From the IMG/VR virus record IMGVR_UViG_3300032323_001487, positions 13,231 through 77,230 of that record: 64,000 nucleotides of DNA. One strand, 5' to 3'. This document shows, piece after piece, positions 17,736 through 27,396 of this stretch (positions are counted from its first letter, which is position 1; every line of letters begins with the position of its first letter). The position numbers and the translations under genes are program-made. Below the pieces are notes generated by a model. That model ran no database searches. It was given only the letters and a program-made list of their open reading frames with translations, and was not told where the DNA came from. The DNA comes from a virus (taxonomy: Duplodnaviria; Caudoviricetes).

Positions 17736-18578
17736 GTAAAGGGGTAGTGGATTTTCCAGACTTGACAAAGTGGCTGAGTCATGTAGACGCACTCGAAGAA
17801 GGGACTCATGAAGGGGGTCGAAGATGGGGGACTCATGAAGGGGGGTTGGGAGTCATGGGGGCGAAGGGGAAGAAGGGGGGAAGTTCAGGGGGAAGGGGGA
17901 AGCCGGGAAAGGTTTTGGAAAAGGGGTAGGGGATTTTCCAAGCGAGTTTTTAGGTCTAAAAAACACAAGATACAAAAAAAGTCAAGTCGTGATGAGTCGA
18001 AGTTCAGCAAGAAGCACGCAAGATGAGCAAGAAGCACCCAAGATAAGCAAGATAAGCAATAAAACAGGAGAAGTTCGAGAAAGTTGCCTCGAAAACGAGG
18101 CAGGAAAAAGGGGTATAGGTTTTTCCAAGCGATTTTCTCGACCCAAGAAGCGTCGAGTCCATCAAAAAACATAAGATACGAAAAAAGTCAAGTTTTATCG
18201 ACTCATCAAACGCAAAAAATAACAAAGAAAACAAAGAACGAACCAAAAAACAGAGAACGAGCAAAGCGAAGGAGAAGAAGCGAAGGAGAAGTTCAGGAAG
18301 TTCAGCAAAGAAATAAAAATCCCCAGGCCCTGGACCTGGAACCACCTGGGTGGTATTTCCGCGTGGAAAACCAAAGACCCCTTTTTTTATTTTCTATCCC
18401 TGGCAGGAAACTTTCTGGGACTCAGCAAAAGAGATAGCAAATGCTAGTAGGCGAGAACTACTACAACGCAGACGCTGGTCTCTTTGCTCAGGAAGATGTG
18501 TTTGGCGAACACAATTCGTGCGAGCACGACCACACTTGCGTATGTGGAAAGGAATTAGGCTAAAAACCTAAAACCAAG

Positions 18579-18611
18579 GAACGCTCCACCAGAAATGGTG
18601 GGGCGTTTTTT
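18579..18611 (+). terminator. Intrinsic terminator
   Basis: AACGCTCCACCA-GAAA-TGGTGGGGCGTT followed by a T-run. Confidence 0.75.
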
Positions 18612-18855
18612 GTATCTTGAATCAAATCCCGCCGTGCGCCAGAGTCAGAAAAAGGGGTAGTGGTTTTTCCGAGCGCGTCGTCATGGCTTCGCTTCGCTCG
18701 CGATTGGTTCGGCGCTCGCTGGTCTTGGGGGTGGGCTTCGCGCTCGCGGAGTTCGACAAGAAATAGGTGCGCGACACGCCAAAAATAGTTTGCGCGAAAA
18801 CTTGACAAATGTCAGTGGTCAGTATCATACTTGACTTGTCTAAGAAAGGACAAAG

Positions 18856-19137
18856 ATGAAACTCGAAAGACGAATTACTTATTTTCTAGATGGAAAGCAA
18901 CTCTGGTCATACAAAGACTTAGCCAAGAAGTATGACATTAGCGACGCCGTTGTGCGCCGTTTCTTGAATCACCCAGACGCCGTATTCACGCGACCACGCG
19001 AAGTAGCGCGAACAGCAGACCACGCGCAAGCAGTGGTTCTATTCGACGCCGATGAATTAGACGCTTGGTTCGCGCCACAAGCGCGAATTACTCGCGACCA
19101 CATCGAGCGCGGTCGCGGAAGACCACGCAAGAAATAA
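18856..19137 (+). CDS. Small DNA-binding protein (HTH/excisionase-like plus AT-hook)
   Basis: SYKDLAKKY.IS..VVRR; LFD..ELDAWF; C-terminal GRGRPRKK. Confidence 0.6.
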   Translation: MKLERRITYFLDGKQLWSYKDLAKKYDISDAVVRRFLNHPDAVFTRPREVARTADHAQAVVLFDADELDAWFAPQARITRDHIERGRGRPRKK

Positions 19138-19217
19138 CTTGCGCGATGTCGCAGACATCTGTATAATAAAAATGTGCTGATAGCACGAAAAGACAAAAAG
19201 AAAGCAGGACATAAAAA

Positions 19218-19433
19218 ATGGCAAAGCAAGTTTATTTCGTAGTCGCAGTCGAGTTCGACGAAGACAACGACAACAAGCCAGAGTTCTTTATTGACGAAGG
19301 TCGCGCCGATGTTGTATTCGGCGACGAGTCAGTCTGGGACACCGAAGACAGCGAGTGGCAGTCAATTAGAGACGACAACGAAAAAGTCTTCGAGCAAGCA
19401 ACCAAGTTTCTCAACGAAAAGTTCGGAGCGTAA
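19218..19433 (+). CDS. Hypothetical acidic protein
   Basis: Promoter TTGCGC-17-TATAAT and SD AGGA. Confidence 0.6.
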   Translation: MAKQVYFVVAVEFDEDNDNKPEFFIDEGRADVVFGDESVWDTEDSEWQSIRDDNEKVFEQATKFLNEKFGA

Positions 19434-19572
19434 TGAGCAAGCGTAAGTATCGTTTCGGCAGAGAGTTCGTTTACCGACAGAAACTTTCAGCGTTGCGGAA
19501 GTTTCCATCTAGGTTCAGCACTCAGGAAAGAATTGCTATTCTCAATGGGTATCTTATCTGGGAGCGCAACTA

Positions 19573-19791
19573 ATGGCAGTAAAAGTTGGAGACCAATACT
19601 TTACCGAAAACCTTGCCGACCATTTTGGACACAAGGTCGAGATTGCTCAATACACCGACTTGTATTCAGGAGAAGTTAGCGACTACCGCCTTCACTGCGC
19701 CGAGCCAGATTGCGAATCGCCTGTTGGCATCGCCGTAGAAGTGGTTAGTCTTTCTGGCGAAATCGCCTATGTAGTATCAAAGCAAATCTAA
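19573..19791 (+). CDS. Hypothetical protein
   Basis: SD GGAG; H.GH.V.I..Y...C pattern. Confidence 0.55.
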   Translation: MAVKVGDQYFTENLADHFGHKVEIAQYTDLYSGEVSDYRLHCAEPDCESPVGIAVEVVSLSGEIAYVVSKQI

Positions 19792-19811
19792 GTAGAAAAG
19801 GAAAAAGCAAA

Positions 19812-20069
19812 ATGACTGAACAACAAAAAGTAGTGGGCGGAGTTCCGCAAGACCAGATGACCCCTGGGGACATCGTGGATTACTGGGGAGCGATTGTTGG
19901 AAGTAATTCCGATGGAGACCTAATCGCTTGGCAACAAGGGTCGAACGAGTTGAACATTTTTGGTGCGGACTACAAGAGTGGTCTTTACCGATACGAGAGC
20001 AGTGTCGAAGAAGATTTCACAGAGCGGGATTTAGATTTCGTGATGGAATACTGCGACTTTAATTTCTAA
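19812..20069 (+). CDS. Hypothetical protein
   Basis: SD AAGGA; followed by terminator at 20082-20125. Confidence 0.55.
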   Translation: MTEQQKVVGGVPQDQMTPGDIVDYWGAIVGSNSDGDLIAWQQGSNELNIFGADYKSGLYRYESSVEEDFTERDLDFVMEYCDFNF

Positions 20070-20416
20070 ACTCAGAAGTAAAGAAGCGCGGGGCTGAGCG
20101 AAAGTTCAGTCCCGCTTTTCTTTTAACACGCAAATAATTAGATAATAAAACTCAAATCCCGATACAAAAAGTATTTTTTAGCAATTTTTATTCAAGCGCC
20201 GTGATTTTCTAGTGTTCCGCGTCATCGCAGGTGGTGCGGGGCTGCCGATTTGAAGGGGTAGTTGGTTTTCCGAGCGTCGTTGATGCCGAACTTGACTTTT
20301 TCCATCGCTTGTGGGCTAAAATAGTCGAACAACTGAATACCGATTTGGGAGAACCAAGACAAAACACGACCAAGAAAAGATAAGAGCCGAAAGGTTCTGG
20401 AAAGGTAGGTCGCCTT

Positions 20417-21073
20417 ATGAAATGGTTGCTAGCAATAGGACTCGTCATTATCTTGACTACTACGGGAAGTTTTCCGTACGGAGAAAATGCGAGCGCAAGC
20501 GACAGGACATCAATGATTGCCGACAAGCAGGTTGTTGTTGTTGTTCCACAGCAAAAATCAAAAACACACGTTCTTGACTTTTTGAAACCAGACCCAAACA
20601 GGGAAACTGGAATTATGGAAGAAATGTTTCTAGCAGAGCAAGATAGATTACTTGCGAAAGCAGAGATAGAACGTGAACTACAACTAAATACCGCAAAAAT
20701 CCAATCAGTAGTGGGGCAACTGAAAAGCCGAGTTGGAAAGACTTGGTATGTATTTTCAGGACACACACCGCGTGGTTGGGATTGTTCGGGTCTGGTCTAC
20801 TGGGCTTATGAACAATTAGGAGTGTCAGTAGAGCACTCCGCTAACAAGCAAGGTAATTCGGGAACAAAGGTGAGAACCCCGAAGATTGGCGACATAGTGG
20901 TATTCGGCTACAAAGGGTCGAAGTCTTACTACCACTCGTCTATCTACATTGGCGATGGAAAGGTTATTCACGCGGGATTCAGAAAAGGAACTAGCACATC
21001 CATAATCGCGCTTGATGACCCTTCATTCAAAGACAGCACCATCACATTCGTTCGGCTTATTGAATCGAACTAA
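20417..21073 (+). CDS. Exported NlpC/P60 peptidoglycan endopeptidase
   Basis: Hydrophobic N-terminus; GWDCSGLV..AY, GDIV.F, H..IYIGDGK.IHA (Cys-His-His). Confidence 0.9.
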   Translation: MKWLLAIGLVIILTTTGSFPYGENASASDRTSMIADKQVVVVVPQQKSKTHVLDFLKPDPNRETGIMEEMFLAEQDRLLAKAEIERELQLNTAKIQSVVGQLKSRVGKTWYVFSGHTPRGWDCSGLVYWAYEQLGVSVEHSANKQGNSGTKVRTPKIGDIVVFGYKGSKSYYHSSIYIGDGKVIHAGFRKGTSTSIIALDDPSFKDSTITFVRLIESN

Positions 21074-21200
21074 AACTAATAAGCAAGAGAGAACCCTTCG
21101 CGCTCGCGGGGGGTTTTCTTTTTTCTCAAATGGACTTGACAACGAGTGCCTATGCTATATTATTTACTTATCACCCGAAATAAAAAAGGAGAACAGGGAG

Positions 21201-21449
21201 ATGAGCAAACTAAATTACTCGCCAAACAAAGCAGATGCCGTGCTGATTGCTAGCGCATTAGAGCACTACGCAAAGGTAGCGCGTGAGAAGAGCGCCGAGA
21301 GTTATTCAGGAGTAGACAAACTAATCTACGACTCAATGGCAATCAATGCCGAGACCATTCACGCCGAGATTCAGAAGGAACTCGACGAGATTGAGCGTCA
21401 GGCTTACGAAGACTACAAGGCGCTAGTTGGTTCATCACCAGAAGCCTAA
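21201..21449 (+). CDS. Hypothetical protein
   Basis: Promoter at 21136, SD, terminator at 21460-21496. Confidence 0.6.
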   Translation: MSKLNYSPNKADAVLIASALEHYAKVAREKSAESYSGVDKLIYDSMAINAETIHAEIQKELDEIERQAYEDYKALVGSSPEA

Positions 21450-21593
21450 GCAATAGTCAGGAAGACCCCCGTAGAAATGCGGGGGTTTTCTTTTTTCGAC
21501 ACGATAAAAAAGGACTTGACTTTATGATTCAGTTTCCATAGACTTTTGTCTATCAAGTCAGAAAGACTTGTGGAAACTAACTAAGGAGCAGTT

Positions 21594-21857
21594 ATGGAAA
21601 CTACCGAAATCAAACAGCGCATCATTGAGATTAGCGAACGACTAGTCGAAATAAACAGAGAGCAGTCTGCTTCTGGATTCGAACTTGCTCGCGCACAGGG
21701 CACAGATGCCGAACTAGGTATTCACATAGACCCACTCACCAAATGGGCTAGGCGTATGCGCGAACTCAATACCGAGTCTCAGGAACTTGTGGCAGAGCGT
21801 CGCCGACTAAGAGACATCAAGCGCGAACAGCGCGTATGCGATTGCGCGTGCCACTAA
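21594..21857 (+). CDS. Coiled-coil hypothetical protein
   Basis: SD AAGGAG; C-terminal CDCACH. Confidence 0.6.
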   Translation: METTEIKQRIIEISERLVEINREQSASGFELARAQGTDAELGIHIDPLTKWARRMRELNTESQELVAERRRLRDIKREQRVCDCACH

Positions 21858-22645
21858 TGAAACTCACAACCCCGATTGAGATTGACACCGCGCTCGCGGA
21901 ACTCTACGACAAGAAGTATGAATTGAGATTGTCAGTGGAGCGTGCCGAGCAGGAAGTGCTTTTTGTCGAGAAGTATTACCCAAGCAACCAAGTTCGCAAG
22001 GAGCAAGCCGAGATTCGTGTAATCGTAGCCAAGAATAAACTTGCCGAACTGAGCACCGAGATTGCCGAAGTCGAGAAACTCTACACAGGTTGGACTCGCG
22101 CTTTTCTAGTTAGCAACGCTAATGGACACATTCACTCTTCGATGGAATGTAGCACTTGTTTCGATACCACTCGATTCATTTGGCTACCGAACTTGTCTGG
22201 CGAAGACAGATTGAAGATTGCCGAGTTAGCAGGTGAAGGTGCTTGTACTATTTGCTACCCAGATGCGCCGAGCGAATACTTTTTGCGTAAGTGTCAGTTG
22301 GAAGACCCAAAGAAGGTTCAAGCACGCGAAGAGCGCGACGCAAAGAAGAAAGAGCGCGACGCGAAGAAGTTGCTAACTGGAATTACTAACCCAGATGGAA
22401 CAGACCTAGTGATACGCGAGCGCCGATACAACAACACCATCAAGACAGAGCGCACAGCGCAGATTTGGGCAGTAGACAACCTTTACTGGATTGGTCAGTA
22501 TGCCGACAAGGATTGGTTGGTTGAGCAGGTCGAAGAGCGTAAGCAGAACCACGAAATCGTCTTGGTGGCGCTCGCGCACAAGCGCGGGACATCAGTTGAA
22601 GAGCAACGCGAGTTGATTGCTAAGAAATTGAAGGCAAAGTTCTAA
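21857..22645 (+). CDS. Hypothetical protein with putative zinc site
   Basis: TAATG coupling; GW.RAFLV...GH.H.S..CSTC...CTICYP.AP. Confidence 0.7.
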   Translation: MKLTTPIEIDTALAELYDKKYELRLSVERAEQEVLFVEKYYPSNQVRKEQAEIRVIVAKNKLAELSTEIAEVEKLYTGWTRAFLVSNANGHIHSSMECSTCFDTTRFIWLPNLSGEDRLKIAELAGEGACTICYPDAPSEYFLRKCQLEDPKKVQAREERDAKKKERDAKKLLTGITNPDGTDLVIRERRYNNTIKTERTAQIWAVDNLYWIGQYADKDWLVEQVEERKQNHEIVLVALAHKRGTSVEEQRELIAKKLKAKF

Positions 22646-22869
22646 AAACAACGAAAAAGTTGATGCGGGAAGCCATGTATTCGCTCGGAAAACCAAAACC
22701 CCCTTTCTACGCCAGGCCCCGCCCGACTCAGTGGCCCCGCCTCACAAAAAATGGGACTCAGGAGCCGAAGACACGCCGACACAAATAAAAAGACAAATAC
22801 TTGACAGATTGTAAATAAACCTATAATCTTGATACATAGGAAAGTTCCCTAAGGAAAAAAGGAGTTGAA

Positions 22870-23103
22870 ATGCCTGAGAACAAATCAAAGTGCTACTACT
22901 GCGATGCCGAAGACTTTAACGACAAAGAGTTGTGTGCCGATACTTACAAGGGCGAGTTAAATCACGCCGAGCAGAAGTGGTGCGAGTATTGCGAAGAGCA
23001 ACCTGTCGACAATCAAGATGGAGACAACGACCACTGCGCTCAGTGCTACTACGAGTGGAAAGCCGAAGAGCGTGGTCGCAACTGGGATTACTACCACGCC
23101 TAA
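22870..23103 (+). CDS. Cys-rich hypothetical protein
   Basis: Three CxxC motifs; promoter and SD. Confidence 0.6.
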   Translation: MPENKSKCYYCDAEDFNDKELCADTYKGELNHAEQKWCEYCEEQPVDNQDGDNDHCAQCYYEWKAEERGRNWDYYHA

Positions 23104-23186
23104 AAAATCTTTTACGACACGCTTGACAAATGTCTAAAAGTTCATAATAATAGTTATGTAGTCAAACAAACTACAAAGGAGAAGAA

Positions 23187-23405
23187 ATGAAGTATGTAAT
23201 CCGCCGAGCAATCGCGTCAGTAGTTCTATCACCTGTGGTGGTAATCGCTTATGTAATTTTCTATGCCGTTCTAGTTGGGCTTGGCGCTCAGCCGGGAAAC
23301 AATGTCGAAGGCGTTATTGCCAATGGCTGGCTTCTAGCCTTCGGAGTTGGAGTGGCTTTCACTTTCTGGACTCAGATACAGAGACTAGTCAGTGGGGTGA
23401 AGTAA
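23187..23405 (+). CDS. Small membrane protein
   Basis: Two hydrophobic segments; SD AAGGAG. Confidence 0.65.
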   Translation: MKYVIRRAIASVVLSPVVVIAYVIFYAVLVGLGAQPGNNVEGVIANGWLLAFGVGVAFTFWTQIQRLVSGVK

Positions 23406-23508
23406 TGCGGGAGATTATTCTCGCGCTCGCGGTCTTTAACATAATCGCTGGTGCCTACCTATTCGCTTGGTCAATCAAGCAAATCAAGAAATAGGATAGA
23501 ATAAAACT

Positions 23509-23763
23509 ATGACAAAGCCAATTTTTGAAATGGAATCTGACGAAGAAGTCGTTCAGTATATTACCGAATCTCAGACCGACTGGGACAATGGTCTTACCGA
23601 CCTACAAAATCTCAACGAGTATCCAGACGATGAATTGCTAAACATCTATTCAGCAATGGAGTACGCGCGAGAAGCAAAACTTGGGGTTGAAATTAATGGA
23701 GATTTTGAAAAGTCAGTTCTTGGTGAAGCAAGTCGCCGACTTGGGTTTATCCCGTTTAGATAA
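23509..23763 (+). CDS. Hypothetical acidic protein
   Basis: ORF in a co-directional run. Confidence 0.55.
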   Translation: MTKPIFEMESDEEVVQYITESQTDWDNGLTDLQNLNEYPDDELLNIYSAMEYAREAKLGVEINGDFEKSVLGEASRRLGFIPFR

Positions 23764-23791
23764 AAACAAAAAGAAAAGGACAAAAGACAAA

Positions 23792-24010
23792 ATGAATCTT
23801 ACAAAATCAGACTGGTCTGCCATTAGTGCCACGCTTTATGGCTTCGTTGGAATGTTCGCAATGCTCGCGCTGGGCAACATCATTATCGTTCTCAACACGC
23901 TCAATGTGCTTCTGTGCTTCGTGGCAATCTATATCTGTCTAGCGCTCGGCAGTATGGCAAAAGAAAAGTCGCTGGTTGAAGCCGAGTGGGAGTCAGAAGA
24001 TGAAGGCTAA
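23792..24010 (+). CDS. Small membrane protein
   Basis: Two hydrophobic segments; SD AAGGA. Confidence 0.55.
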   Translation: MNLTKSDWSAISATLYGFVGMFAMLALGNIIIVLNTLNVLLCFVAIYICLALGSMAKEKSLVEAEWESEDEG

Positions 24011-24491
24011 GTGGTTCAAGTTCTGGTATAGAACTTTCAAAACTTGGAGCAACTATCACTACCGAATGTTCCACGCTTTCTCTTGGCTGTCATATAATGC
24101 TTATGATAAAGTCAAGCAAGATTTGCGGAGACACGAACGAGTTCGCGATGGGTTGCTCACAATCTTCGCGCGAAGAGTGCGGAAACTAGTCAGGAGAAGG
24201 TAAGTTGGAAATCTTTTTTATAGTTTTGGGAGCCATAGCGCTTACGCTGGGTATTTTTGTTGTTGCCGTGGTTGCGCTTGGTCTATCAATCATTAGAAAT
24301 GCGCCGAAATGGTTCGCAGAAGCAGAATATGGCGACGAAGACTAAAAATTAGGTGCCGATGGCTCCAGGGTAAAGGGGTAGGCGGTTATCCGAGCGAAAT
24401 CGTCGCTTCGCGCTCGCAAAACTCGACTTGACAACACAATGGCTATTTGCTACAGTTATCAGGTAATCAAAAGACGAAAGGACAAAAACTT

Positions 24492-25460
24492 ATGACTACT
24501 CACAAACTAAAGGTCGCATATAGCCCTGACTACCTGAACTGGCAACTTGGCTCAGGCGATGGCAACCACCCTACTCAGCCGATTCGTGCGCGTATCGCGC
24601 TGGAGTGGCTAAAGGAAGACCTAGGCTCAGAAGTTGATGTTATCGACCCTGATATCAAGCGAGCAGACAGACGCGAGTTGGAGACTATTCACCACCCCGC
24701 TTTTGTTAGTGAAGTTCTAGACCTTGGAGAGTGTGCCGATTGGACAGACTCAAGGCCACAGATGGGACAGACTGCGCTAAAGATGTTTTCTGGAACTGCG
24801 CGACTAGTCGAGATGATTATTCGTAATCAGACAAAGATTGGCTTCAACCCACAGGGAGCAAAGCATCACGCGCAATACCGAACTTCAGAAGGTTTCTGCG
24901 TGTTCAATGACTTCGCTTGGGCTGCCAAAGCCTTCAAGCGTGCTGGACTCAAGGTTGTCTACATCGACTGGGATGTAAATGCTGGTGATGGTGTTCAGAA
25001 CTTGCTTGCCGATACAGACATTCCAACCTTCAGTATTCACGGGCACGGGATTTACCCAACCCACTCAGATACTTGGAATGGTGACTACGAGAGCAAGAAC
25101 ACCACTGGAAACTACACTTGGCACAACGAAGCGAAGCACTGGTATAACTGGTGCCTAGTTCGTGGCGAAGGCGATGCTGGATTCAAGTGGGCTATCGACG
25201 AGATTGCTAAGAAGGTTGCCGAGTATAAGCCTGATGTAATCCTGCTTGCTACTGGAGCAGATGGTCACGAAGGCGAACACTGGGGACTGAAATACACCTT
25301 CGATGGTTATGCCTATGCGTCAAAGGTTGTTGCTGAACTGGCTAACAAGTATGCCGATGGTCGCGTGTTGATTGGTGGTGCTGGTGGTTATCAGCCGTAC
25401 ACCCACACCCCGCGCATCTGGGCAAATGTCGTAAGAGACATCTACGAGCAAACTAACTAG
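24492..25460 (+). CDS. Histone-deacetylase-family (AcuC-like) hydrolase
   Basis: HP..P.R, GAKHHA, GFCVFND.A, YIDWD..AGDGVQ, SIHG, GADGH, GGAGGY. Confidence 0.85.
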   Translation: MTTHKLKVAYSPDYLNWQLGSGDGNHPTQPIRARIALEWLKEDLGSEVDVIDPDIKRADRRELETIHHPAFVSEVLDLGECADWTDSRPQMGQTALKMFSGTARLVEMIIRNQTKIGFNPQGAKHHAQYRTSEGFCVFNDFAWAAKAFKRAGLKVVYIDWDVNAGDGVQNLLADTDIPTFSIHGHGIYPTHSDTWNGDYESKNTTGNYTWHNEAKHWYNWCLVRGEGDAGFKWAIDEIAKKVAEYKPDVILLATGADGHEGEHWGLKYTFDGYAYASKVVAELANKYADGRVLIGGAGGYQPYTHTPRIWANVVRDIYEQTN

Positions 25461-25467
25461 GAGAAAA

Positions 25468-25800
25468 ATGACAGACATTCAAGAGATTCGCGAACAAGGT
25501 ATTGGGAGTAACTTCTCAGTGCTGAACCCCGAAGATGGATTCCGTAAGGATGACACCTTGTGGTTTGGTAATTGTAGCGAGTGCGGTGAACGCGTAACTC
25601 AATCTCGACACTACGACTACTGGCAACACACCAAATTCTTAGAGAAGGGCTATGGCTCTAAGCAACAGTGGGAAGAGAACAGGTGGCACTCACAGGCTAC
25701 TTCCACTGGCTTGGACTATTGCCCTACTGCTAAGGGAGAGCCTGATACCTGCGTAGTCTGGTACTATGACGAAAACAATGAAAAGGTTTTTGTATCATAG
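25468..25800 (+). CDS. Hypothetical protein
   Basis: SD AGGAG; CSECG. Confidence 0.6.
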   Translation: MTDIQEIREQGIGSNFSVLNPEDGFRKDDTLWFGNCSECGERVTQSRHYDYWQHTKFLEKGYGSKQQWEENRWHSQATSTGLDYCPTAKGEPDTCVVWYYDENNEKVFVS

Positions 25801-26114
25801 AATAGAACTATGACTACAGATTTACTGCCGATTCTCATATCAGTCTTAGTGCTGATATCAGCCTGGGCAGTTTTCTTTTTCAGCACTATGTATCTAATCA
25901 AAGTCATATTCGACAAAATTGAAGAGCATAGAAATAAATCTAAGGAGCGATGAAATGGGCGAATTACTTTTTGTTCTAGTTATCGGACTAGCAGTTGTTG
26001 CCTCGGTTACTTGGCTAGTCGATGGCTACAAGAAAGAACTAAGAGACCGACAAAATCAGAGAGATGTATCCCCAATGCTGGGAGTCGTCTTACCGAACAA
26101 GAAGGACAAGAAAG

Positions 26115-26291
26115 ATGAATAGTTGGATTGTTAGATTGAAGGATGTAGTTTGGACTGCTGTGTTTGCTGTCGCGCTCGCGGTAGTGGCTATTCTCGTAGC
26201 ACTGATTGTGCCGAGTGCTATCTCGCTGGTGCTCGCGCTTGGGCTGGCCTCAGTTTCACTCGCTCTACTATCTTGGAGAGTTGCTAGATAG
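26115..26291 (+). CDS. Small membrane protein
   Basis: Two hydrophobic segments after MNSWIVRLKD. Confidence 0.5.
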   Translation: MNSWIVRLKDVVWTAVFAVALAVVAILVALIVPSAISLVLALGLASVSLALLSWRVAR

Positions 26292-26293
26292 TT

Positions 26294-26668
26294 ATGAGTG
26301 AGAAGAGATACAAGGTCCCGATTCCCGTAAAGCCTGAAGACCTTTATGCCGTAAGGGAGAAGGTCAAGCCTGCTGGAGCGTTCGTCGTGGGCGGGGGAGT
26401 GGTTGATGAAGTCAGACTATCTGCTGTCGTGTATCGCAATCTGGTTTCGCGCAAGTCTCTAACTATCCACCACCTACAACGCCGATTGAATGAACTTGGT
26501 TTCACTTCTGCCTATCTAGACAAAGATGGCTGGTTCGATGAAGGAACTAGGTCAGCAATCAGGCTATTTCAAGAAGCAAATGAACTACCACCCACTGGGA
26601 TGGTAGATGCCGATACTATGACCAAAATCTTTGATGGAGACCCGAACGTAGCGGTCATTTTGGACTAA
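26294..26668 (+). CDS. Peptidoglycan-binding domain protein
   Basis: LQRRL.ELG....DGWF..GT.SAIR.FQ....L..TG.VD..T. Confidence 0.8.
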   Translation: MSEKRYKVPIPVKPEDLYAVREKVKPAGAFVVGGGVVDEVRLSAVVYRNLVSRKSLTIHHLQRRLNELGFTSAYLDKDGWFDEGTRSAIRLFQEANELPPTGMVDADTMTKIFDGDPNVAVILD

Positions 26669-26788
26669 AAATAAAAGGGGTGCCAGATTCTCTGTGCGAT
26701 GTTTCCCACTCGCGAACACCTATTGCTTTTACCCCACGACTGAGTTATCTTTATTGACAGAAAGACTTACCAACAGAAAGAAGAAGAA

Positions 26789-27334
26789 ATGACAGAATTT
26801 CTCAAAAGAAATCAAAAATTACCACCAAACCTAGTTGAACTAGTAGCAACCATCTCAGATATGGAACTTCGCGATACCTACGTTCGTGCGCTTAGAAGCA
26901 AGGGCTGGACTCTACAAAGTATTGCCGAAGCCTGCGATGTATCCCGCGAGCGCGTTCGCCAAATCTGCGAGATGCCTGAGTCCAAGTTATTTGACTCAGT
27001 GGTAGTTCCTAGTCCGCCAGTGAAACAGGCGCGGGAGAAGGTTGTCTACGCGCAACCGACAAAGGAAACCTTAGACAGGTTGCTGGAACTAAAACCACTT
27101 GCTCAACAGGTTCGCTCTCACGCAACTCGTTATCGTGCCGAAGCAGAAGAATACACTCGCCTGCTGAACCACGCTCATAAGGTAGAAGGAGTATCGCTAT
27201 ACAACCTAGCCAGACACCTAGGAGTTACCTATCCCGCTATTCGATTCCGACTGACTCGATACGGATATCTAGACGCTGGTAATGGAACTAGCAAGGTATA
27301 CAACCCAATCCTTACTAAAAACCGTGCTCTCTAA
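26789..27334 (+). CDS. Double-HTH DNA-binding protein
   Basis: GWTLQSIAEACDVSRERVRQI and GVSLYNLARHLGVTYPAIRFRL. Confidence 0.75.
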   Translation: MTEFLKRNQKLPPNLVELVATISDMELRDTYVRALRSKGWTLQSIAEACDVSRERVRQICEMPESKLFDSVVVPSPPVKQAREKVVYAQPTKETLDRLLELKPLAQQVRSHATRYRAEAEEYTRLLNHAHKVEGVSLYNLARHLGVTYPAIRFRLTRYGYLDAGNGTSKVYNPILTKNRAL

Positions 27335-27344
27335 ATCAGAGCAA

Positions 27345-27384
27345 AAAGAAAACCCCTAGACCAACATCTAGGGGTTTCTTTTTA
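27345..27384. terminator. Bidirectional terminator
   Basis: AAAGAAAACCCTAGA / TCTAGGGGTTTCTTT between convergent genes. Confidence 0.75.
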
Positions 27385-27396
27385 GTTTGCGGATAC

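Larger units (their letters stand above)
5685..24456 (+). promoter_or_regulatory. Series of sigma-A-type early promoters
   Basis: TTGACA/TTGACT/TTGACG at 5685, 7430, 7921, 8394, 10049, 12033, 12710, 13208, 14481, 15400, 15594, 16278, 16843, 17762, 18802, 21136, 21516, 22801, 23123, 24428; most have a -10-like hexamer 16-19 bp downstream and AT-rich upstream DNA. Confidence 0.8.

Noticed and set aside
17298-18437. Several ORFs on both strands in the repeat and purine-rich block
   Set aside because: Low-complexity translations with no SD and mutual overlaps; by-products of the repeats
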